Shown: piece by piece, positions 22,188 to 32,281 of the stretch
How the letters are laid out: each line of letters begins with the position of its first letter
Position numbering within the stretch: position 1 is the stretch's first letter
Assembly: GCA_902533035.1 (NCBI GenBank)
Contig: CACAKI010000003.1
Coordinates: forward strand, 4,479-68,478
DNA: 64,000 nucleotides
Reading direction: 5' to 3'
Origin: an uncultured Bacteroidota bacterium
GTDB lineage: Bacteria; Bacteroidota; Bacteroidia; Flavobacteriales; TMED113
Notes under the pieces: generated by a model
Told to the model about the DNA's origin: nothing
Database searches by the model: none
What the model saw: only the letters and a program-made list of their open reading frames with translations
Translations under genes and position numbers: made by a program

Positions 22188-23210
22188 ATGACTGCATTTA
22201 AATTTGAATACATTTGGTTAGATGGTTATAATCCAGAGCCTAATTTAAGAAGTAAAACTAAAGTTCTTCATTTTGATGAATATAATGGAGAGATTGAGAA
22301 ACTTCCAGACTGGTCTTTTGATGGTAGTTCTACTCAACAAGCAGAAGGCCACTCTTCGGATTGTGTTATCAAACCTGTTAGAGTGTATCCGGATCCTACT
22401 CGAATTAATGCGTTTCTAGTTATGACAGAAGTTATGAATATGGATGGAACTCCTCACGCTACTAATACTAGAGCGCTTATTAAAGATGATCAAGAGAGTT
22501 TTTGGTTTGGTTTTGAACAAGAGTACACTATGATGGATGGTGCTAGACCTTTGGGATTTCCAAAACAAGGTTTTCCAGCACCACAAGGTATGTATTATTG
22601 TTCAGTTGGGAATAAAAATGTTGCAGGTCGAACAATAGTTGAAGAACATCTTGATATTTGTTTAGAAACAGGTCTATCTATTACAGGAATAAATGCTGAA
22701 GTTTTGTTAGGCCAGTGGGAATATCAGTGTTTTGGAAAAGGCGCAAAAAAATCAGCGGATGATTTATGGATTAGCAGGTATTTGTTATATCGATTAACTG
22801 AAGAGTATGGTTTGGGAGTTGAATTACACCCAAAGCCTGTACAGGGTGATTGGAATGGGTCTGGAATGCATGTTAACTTTTCCACCAGAGAAATGAGGGA
22901 GATTGGGGGAAAAGATATGTTTAAAAATATTTGTGATGCTTTTGGGAAATACCATAAAGAACACATCGCTGTTTATGGTTCAAATAATGATATGAGATTA
23001 ACTGGATTGCACGAAACACAAAATATAGAAACATTTTCATATGGTTACAGTGATAGAGGAGCAAGTATAAGAATTCCTGTATGTGTGAATAAAACTGGAA
23101 AGGGTTATTTAGAGGATAGAAGACCAGCTTCTAATGCAGATCCATATAAGGTCGTTGGGAGAATGTTAGAGACATTAAGTACAGTTTCTTCTAATGGTGT
23201 CAAGGTTTAA
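22188..23210 (+). CDS. Glutamine synthetase, type II
   Basis: 340 aa; EYIWLDG, LRSKT, WSFDGSST, GDWNGSGMH, RLTGLHET, GYLEDRRPASN. Confidence 0.94.
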   Translation: MTAFKFEYIWLDGYNPEPNLRSKTKVLHFDEYNGEIEKLPDWSFDGSSTQQAEGHSSDCVIKPVRVYPDPTRINAFLVMTEVMNMDGTPHATNTRALIKDDQESFWFGFEQEYTMMDGARPLGFPKQGFPAPQGMYYCSVGNKNVAGRTIVEEHLDICLETGLSITGINAEVLLGQWEYQCFGKGAKKSADDLWISRYLLYRLTEEYGLGVELHPKPVQGDWNGSGMHVNFSTREMREIGGKDMFKNICDAFGKYHKEHIAVYGSNNDMRLTGLHETQNIETFSYGYSDRGASIRIPVCVNKTGKGYLEDRRPASNADPYKVVGRMLETLSTVSSNGVKV

Positions 23211-23222
23211 TAAAATTATTCT

Positions 23223-23230
23223 TAAATTTG
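23223..23230 (+). promoter_or_regulatory. Bacteroidota -7 promoter element TAAATTTG
   Basis: Exact TAnnTTTG match 25 nt upstream of the OmpA-family gene. Confidence 0.6.
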
Positions 23231-23255
23231 TTTCGTTTTAAAAAAACCTAAAATC

Positions 23256-25508
23256 ATGATTGTCAGAAATTTATTCGCATTATTTTTTATTTTATTTGGA
23301 TTATTTTTTTCTTATTCACAAGGAAGTATCTATTCTAAAGCTGAAAAAGCTTTTAATAATCAACAGTATAATAAAGCAAAAGAGTTGTATCAAAAAGCTT
23401 ATGAAAGGTCAAATGACAGGTCTGAAAAAACAAAAATTAGCTTTCAAATGGCTAATTGCGCAAGATTAATGGGGCACTTTAGCAGAGCCGAAAGTTATTA
23501 TAACAGAACTATTAAGTTGCGTTATTTTGAAATGTTTCAAGATCCTTCAATTTTTTACTTTTTAGGAGAAACCTATAAGGGGCAGGGTAAGTATGATGAA
23601 GCGATAGCTTATTATGAAATTTATAAAACAAAAAAAGGCGCCGATCTTAATATGGCAAATACAGCAATTCAGGGTTGCCAAATGTCTCAGGATTGGATAT
23701 CTGAAGGGAGTAGATACAGAGTTGAAAATGTTAAGAAGCTAAATTCCAGATATAATGATTTTTGTCCTGCTTTTTTAGATAAAAAGAATAAGTATTTATT
23801 TTTTTCATCTGCTAGAGAAGAAGCGTTTGGGAGAACACAAGACCCTTATACTAAACAAGATTATGTAGATATATTTTATTCTTTTGATTATACAGATCAT
23901 CAAAGAAAAATAGATAAGAAGAGAAAAAAGAAAATAGACCTTAAAAATCACATGCCTATTTGGACACCTCCTACAAATGATCATCTTGAGGATCTTTTAG
24001 AACAATTAGAAGAGAAGTATGATGATGTTAAGCAATGGGGTTTTGGCTTAGAAGAGCTTAACTTGAGAGATTCTGATGAAGCAACAGTTTGCTTCACTAA
24101 GGGAGGAAAGAAAATGTATTTTACTAGATCTACTAATATAAAAAATAAATATAATCCAAAAAGGATTTACTCTGTTGAATTTAAAAGTGGTCAGTTCACA
24201 GAAGCTATAGAGGAAATTATTGATGTTGATGATTTAGTTGATGTACAGCATCCAGCAATTTCTAGTGATGGTAAAATTTTATATTTTGTTGCAGATATGG
24301 AAGGTGGTTTTGGAGGGTATGATATTTATTACTGTGAATATTCTAGAAGAGATAAGTCTTGGACTAAACCAATAAATTTAGGAGAAAAAATTAATACTTC
24401 TGGTGACGAAAAATTCCCATATATAAGTAAATCTGGAGCTTTATTTTTTGCTTCAAATGGGCATCCTGGAATGGGTGGTTTAGATATTTTTAGATCTGAA
24501 ATAACAACAGATGGTTTTGCTGTTCCAGTTAATATGAGGTATCCTATAAACACACCTTATGATGATTTTGGTGTTTTATTTGAGGATGAAACAGAAGTAA
24601 AGGGTTATTTGTCTTCAAATAGAAAAGATAAAAAATGGAGACCAAAAGGAGGTGATGATATATACTTAATTGATTTGCAATTAATTCACTTTGAATTAAC
24701 AGGAAAAGTTTTGGACGTTGATACAAATGAACCTCTTTCAGGAGTAACAGTAGAATTAGTTGGTCCAAATAGTAGTTATAGAACTACTACCAATGGAAAA
24801 GGTGAGTATAAAATTACAAGAGAACAATTTAAAGAAAATCAGCATTATCAAATTCAATTTTCCAAAGAATGGTTTGGGACTCAAAGAGATACTACTATTA
24901 GTACAATGAATATAGATAAAGAAAAATGTGAAGAACAAGAAGACGGGAATTTGTTATTTACATTTTCGAGAGGAGTTGTTTTAGAAACCACTAGAAGACC
25001 TATGATCTTACGTAGTGTTCATTTTGATGTAAATAAATTTGACCTTAGACTTGAAGGGCAGGAAGAACTGGATTCGTTAGCAGATTTACTTATTCATGAT
25101 TACCCTAATGTTGTGGTTGAATTAAGATCTCATACAGATTTTAGAGGAACACAAGAATTAAATTTACCTTTATCTCAAAATCGAGCACAAAGTTGTGTTG
25201 ATTATTTAGTTGAAAAAGGAGTTTCTGTTGAGCGTTTAATAGCTGTTGGAATGTCCGATTCAGAACCTAAAGTATTAACAGAGGAAATAAATGGACTTCC
25301 AATAGGTATTTTAGATCGAGATTATATTTCTTCTTTAAACTCTAATGCATTAAAAGAAGAGGCTCATCAATTAAATAGAAGAACAGATTTCAAAATTATT
25401 TCGCAAGATTTAAATCAATTTTTAAAAGAAAAGCAAGAAGGAGACTCTCCTATTCAACAAGGTGTTTTAGATCAGGATGGTAATTTAATTGATCTTGATG
25501 AAGAGTAA
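23256..25508 (+). CDS. TPR / PD40 propeller / carboxypeptidase-regulatory-like / OmpA-domain protein (PorE-like)
   Basis: TPR helices, PD40 motifs (NLGEKINTSGDEKFP, GGLDIF), OmpA motifs SHTD.RG, LSQNRA and NRRTDF. Confidence 0.88.
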   Translation: MIVRNLFALFFILFGLFFSYSQGSIYSKAEKAFNNQQYNKAKELYQKAYERSNDRSEKTKISFQMANCARLMGHFSRAESYYNRTIKLRYFEMFQDPSIFYFLGETYKGQGKYDEAIAYYEIYKTKKGADLNMANTAIQGCQMSQDWISEGSRYRVENVKKLNSRYNDFCPAFLDKKNKYLFFSSAREEAFGRTQDPYTKQDYVDIFYSFDYTDHQRKIDKKRKKKIDLKNHMPIWTPPTNDHLEDLLEQLEEKYDDVKQWGFGLEELNLRDSDEATVCFTKGGKKMYFTRSTNIKNKYNPKRIYSVEFKSGQFTEAIEEIIDVDDLVDVQHPAISSDGKILYFVADMEGGFGGYDIYYCEYSRRDKSWTKPINLGEKINTSGDEKFPYISKSGALFFASNGHPGMGGLDIFRSEITTDGFAVPVNMRYPINTPYDDFGVLFEDETEVKGYLSSNRKDKKWRPKGGDDIYLIDLQLIHFELTGKVLDVDTNEPLSGVTVELVGPNSSYRTTTNGKGEYKITREQFKENQHYQIQFSKEWFGTQRDTTISTMNIDKEKCEEQEDGNLLFTFSRGVVLETTRRPMILRSVHFDVNKFDLRLEGQEELDSLADLLIHDYPNVVVELRSHTDFRGTQELNLPLSQNRAQSCVDYLVEKGVSVERLIAVGMSDSEPKVLTEEINGLPIGILDRDYISSLNSNALKEEAHQLNRRTDFKIISQDLNQFLKEKQEGDSPIQQGVLDQDGNLIDLDEE

Positions 25509-25566
25509 GTATTTTTCTGTTATTTAATTATAAAGAGTATTTTTTGTAATACTCTATCTTTATGAT

Positions 25567-26724
25567 ATGGATATATATAAGAGTAGAGGGGTTTCTTCAA
25601 AAAAAGAAGATGTTCATGAAGCAATAAAAAATCTAGATAAAGGACTTTTTCCAAATGCTTTTTGTAAAATTCTTCCTGATATAGTTTGTAAGGATCCGTC
25701 GTTTTGTAATATCATGCACTCCGATACCGCGGGAACAAAAACTTCATTGGCTTATATTTATTGGAAAGAAACAGGTGATGATACTGTTTGGGCTGGGATT
25801 ATACAAGATTCTTTAGTTATGAATTTAGATGATCTTGCTTGTGTTGGGGCAATTAATGATTTAGTTGTTTCATCTACAATAGGTAGAAACAAAAATGTAA
25901 TACCAGGTGCAGTTATAAAATCTCTTATTCAAAGCACACAACTATTTATTGATAATTTAAAATCTCATGGTGTGAATATTTATTTAGCTGGAGGTGAAAC
26001 GGCAGATGTTGGGGATATTGTTAGAACATTAGATGTAGGTTTTACAATATTTTCTAGGATGAAAAAAGAAGATGTAATTGATATAAATATTAAGGATGGA
26101 GATGTTATAGTAGGATTGTCATCATTTGGATTAGCATCTTATGAAAAGGAATATAATAGTGGAATAGGTAGTAATGGGCTTACTTCTGCACGTCATGATA
26201 TTTTTGCGAATTATTTATCTGAAAAATATCCAGAAAGTTTCAATCCATTAATTCCAAAAGAATTAGTATATAGCGGTAGTAAAAAATTAACAGATATTTT
26301 TGTTAATGATTTGACTTTCGGCAAAATGGCTTTATCTCCAACAAGAACTTATTTACCTGTTCTGAAATCAATTTTCTCAAATTGTAATAAGGAAAAAATT
26401 AATGGGATAATACATTGTACTGGTGGAGGTCAAACAAAAGTGTTAAATTTTATTGATAACATGCACATTATTAAAGATAATTTATTTGAAACACCTGATC
26501 TTTTTCAGTTGATAGCAAAGGAATCTCAAGTTGATTTTTCAGAAATGTATAGTGTTTTTAATATGGGTCATAGGATGGAATTTTATACAGATAAAAATAC
26601 GGCAAATGAAATTATTCAAATTGCTAAATCATTTAATATTGATGCTCAAATTATAGGAAAATGTGTTTCGTCTTCTGAAAAAAAACTTACTATAAAATCT
26701 CAACATGGAGAATTTATATATTAA
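25567..26724 (+). CDS. purM: AIR synthase (Bacteroidota-type PurM)
   Basis: [48 protein letters not shown]. Confidence 0.9.
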   Translation: MDIYKSRGVSSKKEDVHEAIKNLDKGLFPNAFCKILPDIVCKDPSFCNIMHSDTAGTKTSLAYIYWKETGDDTVWAGIIQDSLVMNLDDLACVGAINDLVVSSTIGRNKNVIPGAVIKSLIQSTQLFIDNLKSHGVNIYLAGGETADVGDIVRTLDVGFTIFSRMKKEDVIDINIKDGDVIVGLSSFGLASYEKEYNSGIGSNGLTSARHDIFANYLSEKYPESFNPLIPKELVYSGSKKLTDIFVNDLTFGKMALSPTRTYLPVLKSIFSNCNKEKINGIIHCTGGGQTKVLNFIDNMHIIKDNLFETPDLFQLIAKESQVDFSEMYSVFNMGHRMEFYTDKNTANEIIQIAKSFNIDAQIIGKCVSSSEKKLTIKSQHGEFIY

Positions 26725-26726
26725 TT

Positions 26727-27797
26727 ATGATAGATAAATTAGAAGCAATAAAAGTTCGTTTTGATGAGGTGAGTAAGCTCATTCTAGATCCTAATGTTAT
26801 GACGGATATGAAAAGGTATATAAAACTCAACAAGGAATATAAAGATTTAGAAAATATTGTTTCAGTTTATAATAGTTATAAAAACATTATTTCAAATATT
26901 GAGTCTGCTAAAAAAATATTATCTGAAGAAAGTGATGTTGAATTAAAAGACATGGCAAAATCTGAAATTGATTTGTATTTTTCCGAAAAAGAAAACTTAG
27001 AAAAAGATATAAAAATCTTATTGATACCAAAAGATCCAAATGATGATAGAAATGCTGTAGTTGAAATTGTGGCAGGTACTGGTGGTGATGAGGCTAGTAT
27101 TTTTTGTGGGGATTTGTTCAGGATGTATACAAAATATATTGAATCAAAGAAATGGAAAATAGAGCTTGTTGATTTTACAGAGGGCACTTCAGGTGGTTTT
27201 AAATCTATTGTTTTTAATGTCTTAGGGCTTGGTGCATATGGTTTTTTGAAGTATGAAGGTGGCGTTCATAGAGTTCAAAGAGTTCCTAAAACAGAAACAC
27301 AAGGAAGGGTTCATACTTCTGCTTCAGCTGTTATTGTTTTACCAGAAGCTGAAGAATTTGATGTAGATTTAAAAGATGCAGATATAAAAAAGGAAACTTA
27401 TTGTTCTTCTGGTCCTGGTGGTCAATCTGTGAACACGACTTATTCTGCTGTTAGATTAACTCATATTCCATCTGGAATTGTTGCTCAATGTCAAGATCAG
27501 AAGTCTCAAATTAAAAATTATGCACAAGCCTTAAAAGTATTAAGAACCAGGATATATGAGGTCGAATTAAAAAAGAAACAAGAAGAAGAAGGAGATTTAA
27601 GAAAAAACATGATTTCCTCAGGGGACAGATCTGATAAGATAAGAACATATAATTACCCTCAAGGAAGAGTCACTGATCATAGAATTGGATTAACCCTATA
27701 CTCTCTGGGTGAGATTATTGATGGTGATATTAATAAAATTATTGAAGAATTAAAAATTGCAGAAAATGCAGAAAAATTAAAGGAAGGAAAAGAATGA
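26727..27797 (+). CDS. prfA: Peptide chain release factor 1
   Basis: PxT (PKT) recognition motif, GGQ and [10 protein letters not shown]. Confidence 0.97.
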   Translation: MIDKLEAIKVRFDEVSKLILDPNVMTDMKRYIKLNKEYKDLENIVSVYNSYKNIISNIESAKKILSEESDVELKDMAKSEIDLYFSEKENLEKDIKILLIPKDPNDDRNAVVEIVAGTGGDEASIFCGDLFRMYTKYIESKKWKIELVDFTEGTSGGFKSIVFNVLGLGAYGFLKYEGGVHRVQRVPKTETQGRVHTSASAVIVLPEAEEFDVDLKDADIKKETYCSSGPGGQSVNTTYSAVRLTHIPSGIVAQCQDQKSQIKNYAQALKVLRTRIYEVELKKKQEEEGDLRKNMISSGDRSDKIRTYNYPQGRVTDHRIGLTLYSLGEIIDGDINKIIEELKIAENAEKLKEGKE

Positions 27798-28597
27798 AGA
27801 AGACGCAACTAGTTAAAAATATTTATAAAAAAAAATCTTTTTTATGTGTTGGTTTAGATCCAGATTTAGAAAAGTTTCCTTCTTCTATTTTAAAAGAAAT
27901 TGATCCAATTTTTTCTTTTAATAAAAAAATTATTGATGCTACTAAAGATTTTTGTGTTTCTTATAAAATTAATTTAGCTTTTTATGAAAAACATGGTTTA
28001 AAAGGTATTCAAAGTTTACAAAAAACGTTAGACTATATTCCAGAGGATTTTTTTGTGATTGCTGATGCTAAAAGAGGTGATATTTTAAATACTTCTAAAA
28101 TGTATGCCGATGCATTTTATGATAATTTTAACTTTGATGCGGTCACTTTATCTCCATATATGGGCGGGGATTGTATTAAGCCATTTTTTAGAAATGGAAA
28201 ATGGAGCATTGTCTTAATTGCAACTTCTAATCCGTCAGCAGATGATTTTCAAATGTTAAAAACAGAAAATGGAATACCTTTATATATAGAGGTTCTTGAA
28301 AAAGCAAAAACTTGGGGAACATCTAAAGACATGATGTTTGTTGTAGGCGGAACAAGACCAGAGATTATTAAAAAAATTAGAGAACATGCACAGGACTTCT
28401 TTTTATTAATTCCTGGCGTTGGTCATCAAGGTGGTGATTTATCTGAAATTTGTAAATATGGATTTAATGATCAAGTAGGAGTGTTAGTGAATTGTTCTAG
28501 ATCTATTTTATATGCGAGCAAAGGTGATGATTTTGCTGAGGGTTCTAGGATCAAAGCGGAAAAAATTCAAAAAGAAATGTCAACTTATTTAAGTTAA
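27794..28597 (+). CDS. pyrF: Orotidine-5'-phosphate decarboxylase
   Basis: [29 protein letters not shown]. Confidence 0.95.
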   Translation: MKKTQLVKNIYKKKSFLCVGLDPDLEKFPSSILKEIDPIFSFNKKIIDATKDFCVSYKINLAFYEKHGLKGIQSLQKTLDYIPEDFFVIADAKRGDILNTSKMYADAFYDNFNFDAVTLSPYMGGDCIKPFFRNGKWSIVLIATSNPSADDFQMLKTENGIPLYIEVLEKAKTWGTSKDMMFVVGGTRPEIIKKIREHAQDFFLLIPGVGHQGGDLSEICKYGFNDQVGVLVNCSRSILYASKGDDFAEGSRIKAEKIQKEMSTYLS

Positions 28598-30825
28598 TTT
28601 TTTATTGTAAGTCTCAAAACAGAGCAAGCTGCATTTTCAACAAATTTATCCTTTCCTGTCCCAAATAAAATGCTTGCCCAGTCATTGTGTTTTGGTGTTC
28701 CTATGATTAGTAAATCATATTCTATAGATATTTCAGAAATATATTTTTCCGGGTTTTCATGTTTTACTAAACTTAAATTTCCTTGTGGATATTTTTTAAG
28801 AATCTCTTTTGTTCTAGATTTTATTTCAAGTTCTTCAGATTCTTCTGTGTCATTCGGTATTATATGTAAAACAGTAAAATGAGCATCTATTCCATCATTT
28901 TCAGTATGATAAAATTGAGTAATCAGATTAGTTGCTTCAATAAATTTTGAGTTATCTTTTTGAGGGAGTATGGCTAATAATATTTTATTTATATATTTTA
29001 TTCCATTGTCTTTAAATAAAGCAACATTAGAGTCTACATTAGTTACCAGCCAACCAATAGGGTTGTTGATTAATATTCCTTGATGATCTACTCCATTCCA
29101 ACCTAAAACAAGCCAATCACAATGAGTTTGTTCACTTAAAGATTGCACAGTATTTGTTAAGTTATGAGTTCGATATTTTTTAAAATTAATCTGTATTTTT
29201 TTATCTTTTTCTAGCAGTTTTAATTGTCTATTTATAGATTCTGCTTTTGGGTCTTTTTCAAAAAACTCATTATCTAAAAAAGTTTGGTCTGGAACTTCAG
29301 TTACATGAATTGTTTGTACTTTTTTGTTTTTTGTAATTGCGCCAGCAATTTCTGTAAGAATTTCAGGCGATCTCTCATTCCCAAGTAAAGGGACTATAGC
29401 CCCTGCATCAGATAAAATTTCAGATTCTAATTTTTCTTTCTTTTGTTTTTTTTCAAAATTATCTTGCATTAAGTTAAAATCCTTTCTTCCGCCATATAAC
29501 ATATATAATGCAGGTCTATTTCCATATTTTGTTATTATCCCTTCTCTCATTGTTTTCTTTTTGCCATAAAAAACGTAAATAATTGTCCCTAATAAACTAA
29601 TAATAATTATTGCTATCAATGGCATCCATCCCAGATAAAAGAGTAATAATATTCCTCCTAATATTCCCAAAATTTGAGTTAGAGGATATAATGGTGATTT
29701 ATAAGAAGGTTTATACCATTGTACTCCTGTTTCTCTTAAAATAATAACACAAGCGTTAACTGCAATAAACATAGTGATTTTAAATGCACTGGCTAATTTT
29801 GCTATTTTTACTACATCTATATAAATAACAACAATAGCCATCATGATACAGGTAAATGCAATAGCAATAACAGGAGTCAAATATTTTGGATGAAGATATG
29901 TCATATAGTTAGGAAGTAATTTATCTTTTGCCATAGCAAAAGGAAATCTTGAGGAAGCTAGAACTCCGGAGTTAACTAGCGAAACTAGTGTTAAAATCCC
30001 AATAATTGCTGCGATATAACCAACGTAAATATTACCATTTGTTAGTTCTGCAGCTAAAGTGTAAATAGGACGATAGTCTTTTTTTAGAGATTCTGGAGAA
30101 ACATATTCTGTAAGGATAAATGCAATTGCAGAGTAAATTACAGTCATAATTAATAAGGATGTTAACATCGCTAAAGGAAGGTTTTTAGAAGGGTTTTTCA
30201 CCTCTCCAGCAACAGCTGCAATTTTTGTTACACCAGCATATGATAGATAAACAAAAGCTATAGTGGCTAATAAACTTTGTTTATTCGAAGGGATATCAAA
30301 TTTTGTGTTGTTAATATCTAATTTTCCAATTCCAACTGTAAGTAATGTAAGTAAAAATAATATACCTAATCCAATGATAACAAGTTGAACTTTCCCAACT
30401 TTCTTTACCCCCAAAACATTTAACATAAAAACAATAACAAGAAATACAATTGAAAGATATTTGATGTCTAAAGCTATATTAGCTACGGCTAACAAATAAG
30501 CACCAAAACCAATTAATGCAAAAGAACTTTTTAAAATTAGTGATGCCCAAAGCCCTATTCCCGATATTGTTCCAAATAAAGGTCCAAAAGCTCTTTCAAT
30601 ATAAACATAAGTTCCTCCTGATTGAGGCATAGCGGTAGCTAGTTCTGATTTTGAAAGCACACTTGGTAAAATAAATAATCCTGAAAATATATAAGCTAGC
30701 CATAGATACTCTCCAATCATTCCGGCTGCTACACCAGGCAGAACAAAAATACCAGTGCCCAACATCCCTCCTATACTAATCGCAATTACAGCAGTGAGAG
30801 TTAATTTTCTTTCAAGTTTTTTCAA
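28594..30825 (-). CDS. APC-family amino acid permease with C-terminal USP-like cytoplasmic domains
   Basis: GGMLGTGIF, ELATAMP.SGG.Y, EVKNP, SRFPFAMA; hydrophilic tail ending DLLIIG...FG...ACSVL; TTG start. Confidence 0.88.
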   Translation of the reverse strand: MKKLERKLTLTAVIAISIGGMLGTGIFVLPGVAAGMIGEYLWLAYIFSGLFILPSVLSKSELATAMPQSGGTYVYIERAFGPLFGTISGIGLWASLILKSSFALIGFGAYLLAVANIALDIKYLSIVFLVIVFMLNVLGVKKVGKVQLVIIGLGILFLLTLLTVGIGKLDINNTKFDIPSNKQSLLATIAFVYLSYAGVTKIAAVAGEVKNPSKNLPLAMLTSLLIMTVIYSAIAFILTEYVSPESLKKDYRPIYTLAAELTNGNIYVGYIAAIIGILTLVSLVNSGVLASSRFPFAMAKDKLLPNYMTYLHPKYLTPVIAIAFTCIMMAIVVIYIDVVKIAKLASAFKITMFIAVNACVIILRETGVQWYKPSYKSPLYPLTQILGILGGILLLFYLGWMPLIAIIIISLLGTIIYVFYGKKKTMREGIITKYGNRPALYMLYGGRKDFNLMQDNFEKKQKKEKLESEILSDAGAIVPLLGNERSPEILTEIAGAITKNKKVQTIHVTEVPDQTFLDNEFFEKDPKAESINRQLKLLEKDKKIQINFKKYRTHNLTNTVQSLSEQTHCDWLVLGWNGVDHQGILINNPIGWLVTNVDSNVALFKDNGIKYINKILLAILPQKDNSKFIEATNLITQFYHTENDGIDAHFTVLHIIPNDTEESEELEIKSRTKEILKKYPQGNLSLVKHENPEKYISEISIEYDLLIIGTPKHNDWASILFGTGKDKFVENAACSVLRLTIKN

Positions 30826-30880
30826 ATGTTTTATAGTTTTAATTTATAAAAATATACTTTTAAAGTAATAAAAAAAATAT

Positions 30881-31393
30881 ATGATTAATATTCTATTTAC
30901 ATTGAGTTTTTCACTAGCAGAACAAATCAATTTGATTCTTCTTATTTTTATTACAGTCTTAGAATTTATTGCTTTTGGCTGGTTAATTATTCAAATGAGA
31001 AAATCTGGAAGAGAAAGAAATAAAATTATAAAATTAGAGGAGAGGCAAATTGCTATGGAAAGAAGAATTTTAAAAACATTAGATATTAATCAGTTAGCTA
31101 AAACTCAAGATTTGGCAGAATTTTTAGATCATATTTCTATTGAAGGAAATGCTGATGTTAATTTAGAGGAAGTTCATATTTCGTCTTTGTCACCTTCATA
31201 TGAAAATAAATCTTTATCACAAATACAGGCTAGGCATCACACAGGTTGTACTATTATTGGGGTAAAATCATCTGATGGAAAATATATTGTTAACCCAGGT
31301 GCTAATACAATCTTAAAGACAAATTCTAAATTATTTATTTTAGGTAGTTCTGAGCAAATAAAACAATTCAATGATAAGTTAAATAGTAATTAA
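30881..31393 (+). CDS. Membrane-anchored TrkA-C (RCK_C) domain protein
   Basis: N-terminal hydrophobic segment, charged helix, then KSLSQIQARHHTGCTIIGV...NPG...LFILG. Confidence 0.8.
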   Translation: MINILFTLSFSLAEQINLILLIFITVLEFIAFGWLIIQMRKSGRERNKIIKLEERQIAMERRILKTLDINQLAKTQDLAEFLDHISIEGNADVNLEEVHISSLSPSYENKSLSQIQARHHTGCTIIGVKSSDGKYIVNPGANTILKTNSKLFILGSSEQIKQFNDKLNSN

Positions 31394-31402
31394 TATATTA
31401 TT

Positions 31403-32281
31403 TTGAAAAAAATTTTAATAACAGGTGGTAATGGTTTGCTAGGAATGGCTTTAAGGATTTTATTATCAAAAAATCACTTTAAAGTTATTGCTACAGGTCT
31501 TGGAGATGACAGACTGCTTAATCACAAACATATTTATAATAGATTGGATGTTTCTAAAGAAGAAGACTGTTTTGATGTTCTTAAAGCATATAATCCTGAT
31601 ATTATTATAAATACTGCTGCGATAACTGACGTGGATTATTGTGAGGAGAATCAAGAAAAATGTCTAAATATTAATGCTCATTCAGTGAATAATTTTTTAT
31701 CATTTTGTAAAAAAAATAACAAAAAGCTCATTCATTTATCTACTGATTTTTTATTTGATGGAAAATTAGGTCCGTATGATGAGGCTGCAGAAAACAAACC
31801 TATTAATTATTATGGATATTCAAAAATGATGGCAGAAAAAAATATAATTCATGCAGAACTACCTAATTTCTCAATTATTAGAACTTGTTTGGTTTATGGT
31901 TATAAAAAGGATTCTGACAATATTTTAATGTGGGTGAAAAGAAAGTTAGATAAGGGAGGGGGGCTTAATATTGTAGATGATCAGTTTAGAACTCCTACTC
32001 TAGTTTCTGATTTAGCTCAAGCTATTTTGCAAATTATAAAGCAAGACATAACAGGAGTATATAATATTTCGGGTGAAGAATATTTATCTATTTTTGATTT
32101 TGTTTGTAATATTGTAAAAGGTTTCGGTTTTGATGAGTCTATAATAAATAGATGTAAATCAAAAGAAATAAATCAAAAAGCTCAAAGGCCAAAGCAATCA
32201 GGTTTGTTAATAGAAAAGGCAAAGAGAGATTTTGATTTTTCACCTACTAAATTAGATGTTTTTTTAAAATCAATAAAATGA
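31403..32281 (+). CDS. RmlD/RfbD-like extended SDR oxidoreductase
   Basis: [42 protein letters not shown] start. Confidence 0.87.
   Translation: MKKILITGGNGLLGMALRILLSKNHFKVIATGLGDDRLLNHKHIYNRLDVSKEEDCFDVLKAYNPDIIINTAAITDVDYCEENQEKCLNINAHSVNNFLSFCKKNNKKLIHLSTDFLFDGKLGPYDEAAENKPINYYGYSKMMAEKNIIHAELPNFSIIRTCLVYGYKKDSDNILMWVKRKLDKGGGLNIVDDQFRTPTLVSDLAQAILQIIKQDITGVYNISGEEYLSIFDFVCNIVKGFGFDESIINRCKSKEINQKAQRPKQSGLLIEKAKRDFDFSPTKLDVFLKSIK

Noticed and set aside
22188..23210. Eukaryote-like type II glutamine synthetase as a recent horizontal transfer
   Set aside because: GSII is known from many Flavobacteriia, and nothing in its context indicates recent acquisition
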